From an uncultured virus (IMG/VR IMGVR_UViG_3300008108_000027) (Duplodnaviria > Heunggongvirae > Uroviricota > Caudoviricetes), in IMG/VR virus record IMGVR_UViG_3300008108_000027: a stretch of DNA of 64,000 nt; one strand, given 5' to 3'. Shown in pieces: positions 63,801 through 64,000 of this stretch. The position numbers were made by a program, and so were the translations under genes. The notes under the pieces were generated by a model that saw nothing but the letters and a program-made list of their open reading frames with translations, searched no databases and was not told where the DNA came from. Numbering within the stretch: the stretch's first letter is position 1; each line of letters begins with the position of its first letter.

Positions 63801-63999
63801 TTGGAGTACTAGTTGCGGTTGGGGTTGGTGTAATTGTGGGTGTTGGGGTTAATGTCGGGCTAGGTGTTGGTGTCGGAATGGCAATACTTAAATAATGAGT
63901 TTCTCCCGATATTCCAACATATGTATATATATGATTACTTAGTATTATATGAGAATAGATATATTCAGGAACATTAAAATGTGTTACAAATTCATTGTA
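60820..63999 (-). CDS. Large Pro/Thr-repeat modular virion protein, 5' end outside window
   Basis: The frame stays open upstream of the TTG at 63369 to the window edge (YNEFVTHF...AIPTPTPSP...[10 protein letters not shown]); four long PT(E/A)T tracts separate globular modules. Confidence 0.75.
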   Translation of the reverse strand, partial: YNEFVTHFNVPEYIYSHIILSNHIYTYVGISGETHYLSIAIPTPTPSPTLTPTPTITPTPTATSTPTATSTPTPTATSTPTPTATSTPTATSTPTATSTPTATSTPTATSTPTATSTPTPTETSTPTPTETSTPTPTETSTPTPTETSTPTPTETSTPTPTETSTPTPTETSTPTPTETSTPTPTPTPTILNCYCYLANNTFPSSSFVTYLDCLTSSPITIEVSGNSQVYFCASSVIDDEGGITTNIGTCIGVVSGENDIIITTEDGSIIYTEINDCTPPTPTLPPTPSIQNIVWEYFINTGVTEGQIITTTQSHDVSVSYSGSGIVSKESAQFTDCLTCTDVTQPSTGITYLVEGPNQLTFTFNPQITDALLGVWSLGSPTQTQTFFTDVDFVNFDPCYPTCFNGLIVDPINKKISSNEGYGVIRFPGTHSQITLTFTGIEFRTNLLWGIFGAEPGPIPTPTPTATSTPTPTATETPTPTPTETSTPTPTATETPTPTPTETSTPTPTPTETSTPTPTPTETPTPTETPTPTPTPTLPLCEIIVEGENGNLITTENGDYIIFEDGNCGTIIIESEHTEGSIISNYNTYIFQQYDFDISLNFDEVLYTTTGSPIINNVTLLLSSGTTSGTTQIVTNGNYNELTLESQFENITVNTTGGTLSGFTISTNYVYVTIPTPTPTATPTPTPSPTPTETITPTPTETPTPTETSTPTPTETPTPTETPTPTETSTPTPTETPTPTETPTPTETSTPTPTPTETSTPTPTPTETSTPTPTETSTPTPTETSTPTPTPTETSTPTPTATETPTPTATETPTPTETPTPTETSTPTPTETPTPTPIETCEKLLTKEDGFYVLTENSDYISLEQDECPDPTPSPTPTETSTPTPTETPTETPTPTETSTPTPTETPTPTETSTPTPTETSTPTPTETPTPTETPTPTETSTPTPTETPTETSTPTPTETPTETSTPTPTETSTPTPTETPTETSTPTPTETSTPTPTETSTPTPTETPTPTPTPTPTSTSVPEDYLSTEGSDNILTENSDFLIIDSTVNTLFIFIPNL
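60940..63880. repeat. Coding tandem repeats encoding PTPTET(S)/TATSTP (tracts ~60940-61390, 61490-61980, 62390-62625, 63435-63880)
   Basis: Recurrent ggtgtactagtttc(t/a)gtt and ggagtactagttgcagtt units. Confidence 0.9.
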
Positions 64000-64000
64000 G

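Noticed and set aside
60940..63880. Repeat tracts as a CRISPR array
   Set aside because: The units are in-frame coding repeats with no unique spacers, and no cas genes are present.

Overview
This is a 64 kb, AT-rich segment of a large contractile-tailed dsDNA phage (T4-like gene content, probably a jumbo myovirus). A Bacteroidota host is inferred only from AT-rich, Shine-Dalgarno-poor leaders. Almost all genes are on the minus strand. From the window end to its start it carries: (i) an accessory virion fibre/appendage cluster (51-64 kb: Pro/Thr-repeat scaffold, trypsin-like protease, LamG-like, beta-helix and fibre proteins); (ii) a 2OG-Fe(II) oxygenase, family B DNA polymerase, neck proteins and SNF2 helicase; (iii) tail terminator, sheath, tube, chaperone, tape measure and very large baseplate-associated proteins; (iv) a replication/recombination module (gp32-like SSB, RecA/UvsX, 5'-3' exonuclease, DnaB, class II RNR); (v) baseplate wedge and further structural genes. 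Features the ORF track misses or does not explain: a near-perfect parS site next to short repeats in the sheath-tube intergenic region; a candidate +1/-2 programmed frameshift in the tail chaperone; an ~85 nt GC-rich structured RNA candidate; an apparently N-terminally truncated recA; tandem paralogs sharing a perfect 42 bp repeat; a recurrent TATTTAT promoter-like motif; and recurring peptide modules (TEDG/TENG motifs and K(I/T)(S/G)QL N-termini) that suggest a modular docking system for virion appendages. All product calls come from motif recognition and synteny. No database searches were run.
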